Source: Candidatus Thorarchaeota archaeon
GTDB lineage: Archaea; Asgardarchaeota; Thorarchaeia; Thorarchaeales; Thorarchaeaceae
NCBI GenBank assembly: GCA_016840855.1
Contig: JAEORO010000214.1
Location: 1-37,689 of the forward strand
Reading direction: 5' to 3'
Length of the DNA stretch: 37,689 nt
Shown: in pieces, positions 36,720 through 37,689 of the stretch
Layout: each line of letters starts with the position of its first letter
Numbering within the stretch: position 1 is the stretch's first letter
Translations under genes and position numbers: made by a program
Notes under the pieces: generated by a model
What the model was told of the DNA's origin: nothing
Seen by the model: only the letters and a program-made list of their open reading frames with translations
Database searches by the model: none

Positions 36720-36869
36720 ATGGGATCTGATTTTGAATTATATGTGAAAGGAAATCGGATTGAAATGAACGACTTCGTTGCTAGTTTCATAAGTGATGTC
36801 TTAATGGCTATTCTTTCAAATCTTCGGGACATAGATCTAGAAAAAATCACCCTGGTGGAAATTCAGTAG
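36720..36869 (+). CDS. 49-aa protein resembling the C-terminal domain of archaeal MobB; not in ORF track
   Basis: MGSDFELYVKGNRIEMNDFVASFISDVLMAILSNLRDIDLEKITLVEIQ*; strong GGTGGTGA RBS; 29 bp upstream of aor. Confidence 0.7.
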   Translation: MGSDFELYVKGNRIEMNDFVASFISDVLMAILSNLRDIDLEKITLVEIQ

Positions 36870-36898
36870 CTATAACAGGTTTAGGGATATGAATTACA

Positions 36899-37689
36899 AT
36901 GAATGGATGGACCGGTAAGATACTACGAATCAATCTAACCAAACGAACATCTGCAGCCAAGGAAATAGCACCAGATGTCTATTCAAGTTTTGTAGGAGGA
37001 AAAGGACTTGGGGCCTATCTGTTATATCAAGAGTTGCAACCTGGTTGTAATCCTCTTAGTCCTAGTAATGTCTTACTTTTCATGACTGGTCCACTACAAG
37101 GTCTTCCTGCAGTAATGACTGGTAGATGGACACTTGTCACAAAATCTCCATTGACTGGACTATTTCTTGACTCGCATTGTGGAGGTCCTTTAGGTCGCGA
37201 AATAAAGAACTCAGGTTTTGATGCTATATCAGTTGTGGGGAAATCAAAATCTCCTGTAACAATATTAGTTGAAGATAATGTTGTGAGTTTTCGTGATGCC
37301 AAACACCTCTGGGGAATGGGGACACAAGAATCCACTCGATTACTACATGAAACCTCGCCTAAGGATTCCGCCGTATACGTGATTGGTCCTGCAGGTGAAA
37401 ATTTGGTCTTGACTGCGACAGGGTGTTGCGAACTTGCTCATCAGACTGGCCGTGGCGGATCCGGAGCTGTGTGTGGATCAAAGAATCTCAAAGGAATTGT
37501 TGTCCATGGCAGTAAAAGAGTGAATGCAGCCAATCCTGTAGTTCTAAGTAATGTCCGAAAAGCCATGACCAAGAAATGGAATGATAAGGTAGATTATGAT
37601 TTCAGAGATTATGGTACTGCCTCACTTGTTGAAGTTGCGAATGAACGTGGTCAATTTCCGACGCGGAATTGGCGAAATTCCTACTTCGA
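36899..37689 (+). CDS. aor: Aldehyde:ferredoxin oxidoreductase (W/Mo-pterin), N-terminal part (3' truncated)
   Basis: MNGWTGKILRINLT...GGKGLG...TKSPLTG...SHCGG...IGPAGEN...GRGGSGAVCGSKNLK; frame open to the window end. Confidence 0.93.
   Translation, partial: MNGWTGKILRINLTKRTSAAKEIAPDVYSSFVGGKGLGAYLLYQELQPGCNPLSPSNVLLFMTGPLQGLPAVMTGRWTLVTKSPLTGLFLDSHCGGPLGREIKNSGFDAISVVGKSKSPVTILVEDNVVSFRDAKHLWGMGTQESTRLLHETSPKDSAVYVIGPAGENLVLTATGCCELAHQTGRGGSGAVCGSKNLKGIVVHGSKRVNAANPVVLSNVRKAMTKKWNDKVDYDFRDYGTASLVEVANERGQFPTRNWRNSYF

Noticed and set aside
1-37689. tRNA, rRNA, CRISPR arrays, IS elements or integrases
   Set aside because: None recognisable by eye. The intergenic gaps are short and are explained by promoters, terminators or small ORFs.

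Overview
A gene-dense archaeal chromosomal segment, most likely Asgard and resembling Thorarchaeia. The basis is an archaeal TBP, an archaeal AsnRS, BRE/TATA promoters, GGTGA/GGAGG ribosome-binding sites and a Rab-like small-GTPase domain; the taxonomy is inference. No rRNA, tRNA, CRISPR or transposase was seen. Recognisable genes encode a TatD-linked radical SAM fragment, MBL hydrolase, FadH, site-2 protease, TBP, PadR, ArsM, a two-domain retropepsin, lysophospholipase, hemerythrin, surface proteins, AsnRS, a four-gene FtsX/MacB-type ABC system, a Rab-like pseudo-GTPase, an APRT-like protein, FadD, geranylgeranyl reductase, GDPD, an esterase and the 5' part of an aldehyde:ferredoxin oxidoreductase. 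Reading the intergenic gaps by hand gave four small ORFs missing from the ORF track: a ribbon-helix-helix protein (5580-5738, -), a 3-Cys peptide coupled to arsM (8549-8692, +), a 41-aa membrane peptide ending in CxxCH (32371-32496, -) and a MobB-C-like protein ahead of aor (36720-36869, +). The most interesting candidates are (i) a putative arsenic module run by a Cys-rich PadR with a triple operator, (ii) the CxxCH micro-protein, (iii) a double-TATA palindrome over the predicted tbp start site, and (iv) a 16-nt motif at identical spacing behind the TATA box of two unrelated genes.
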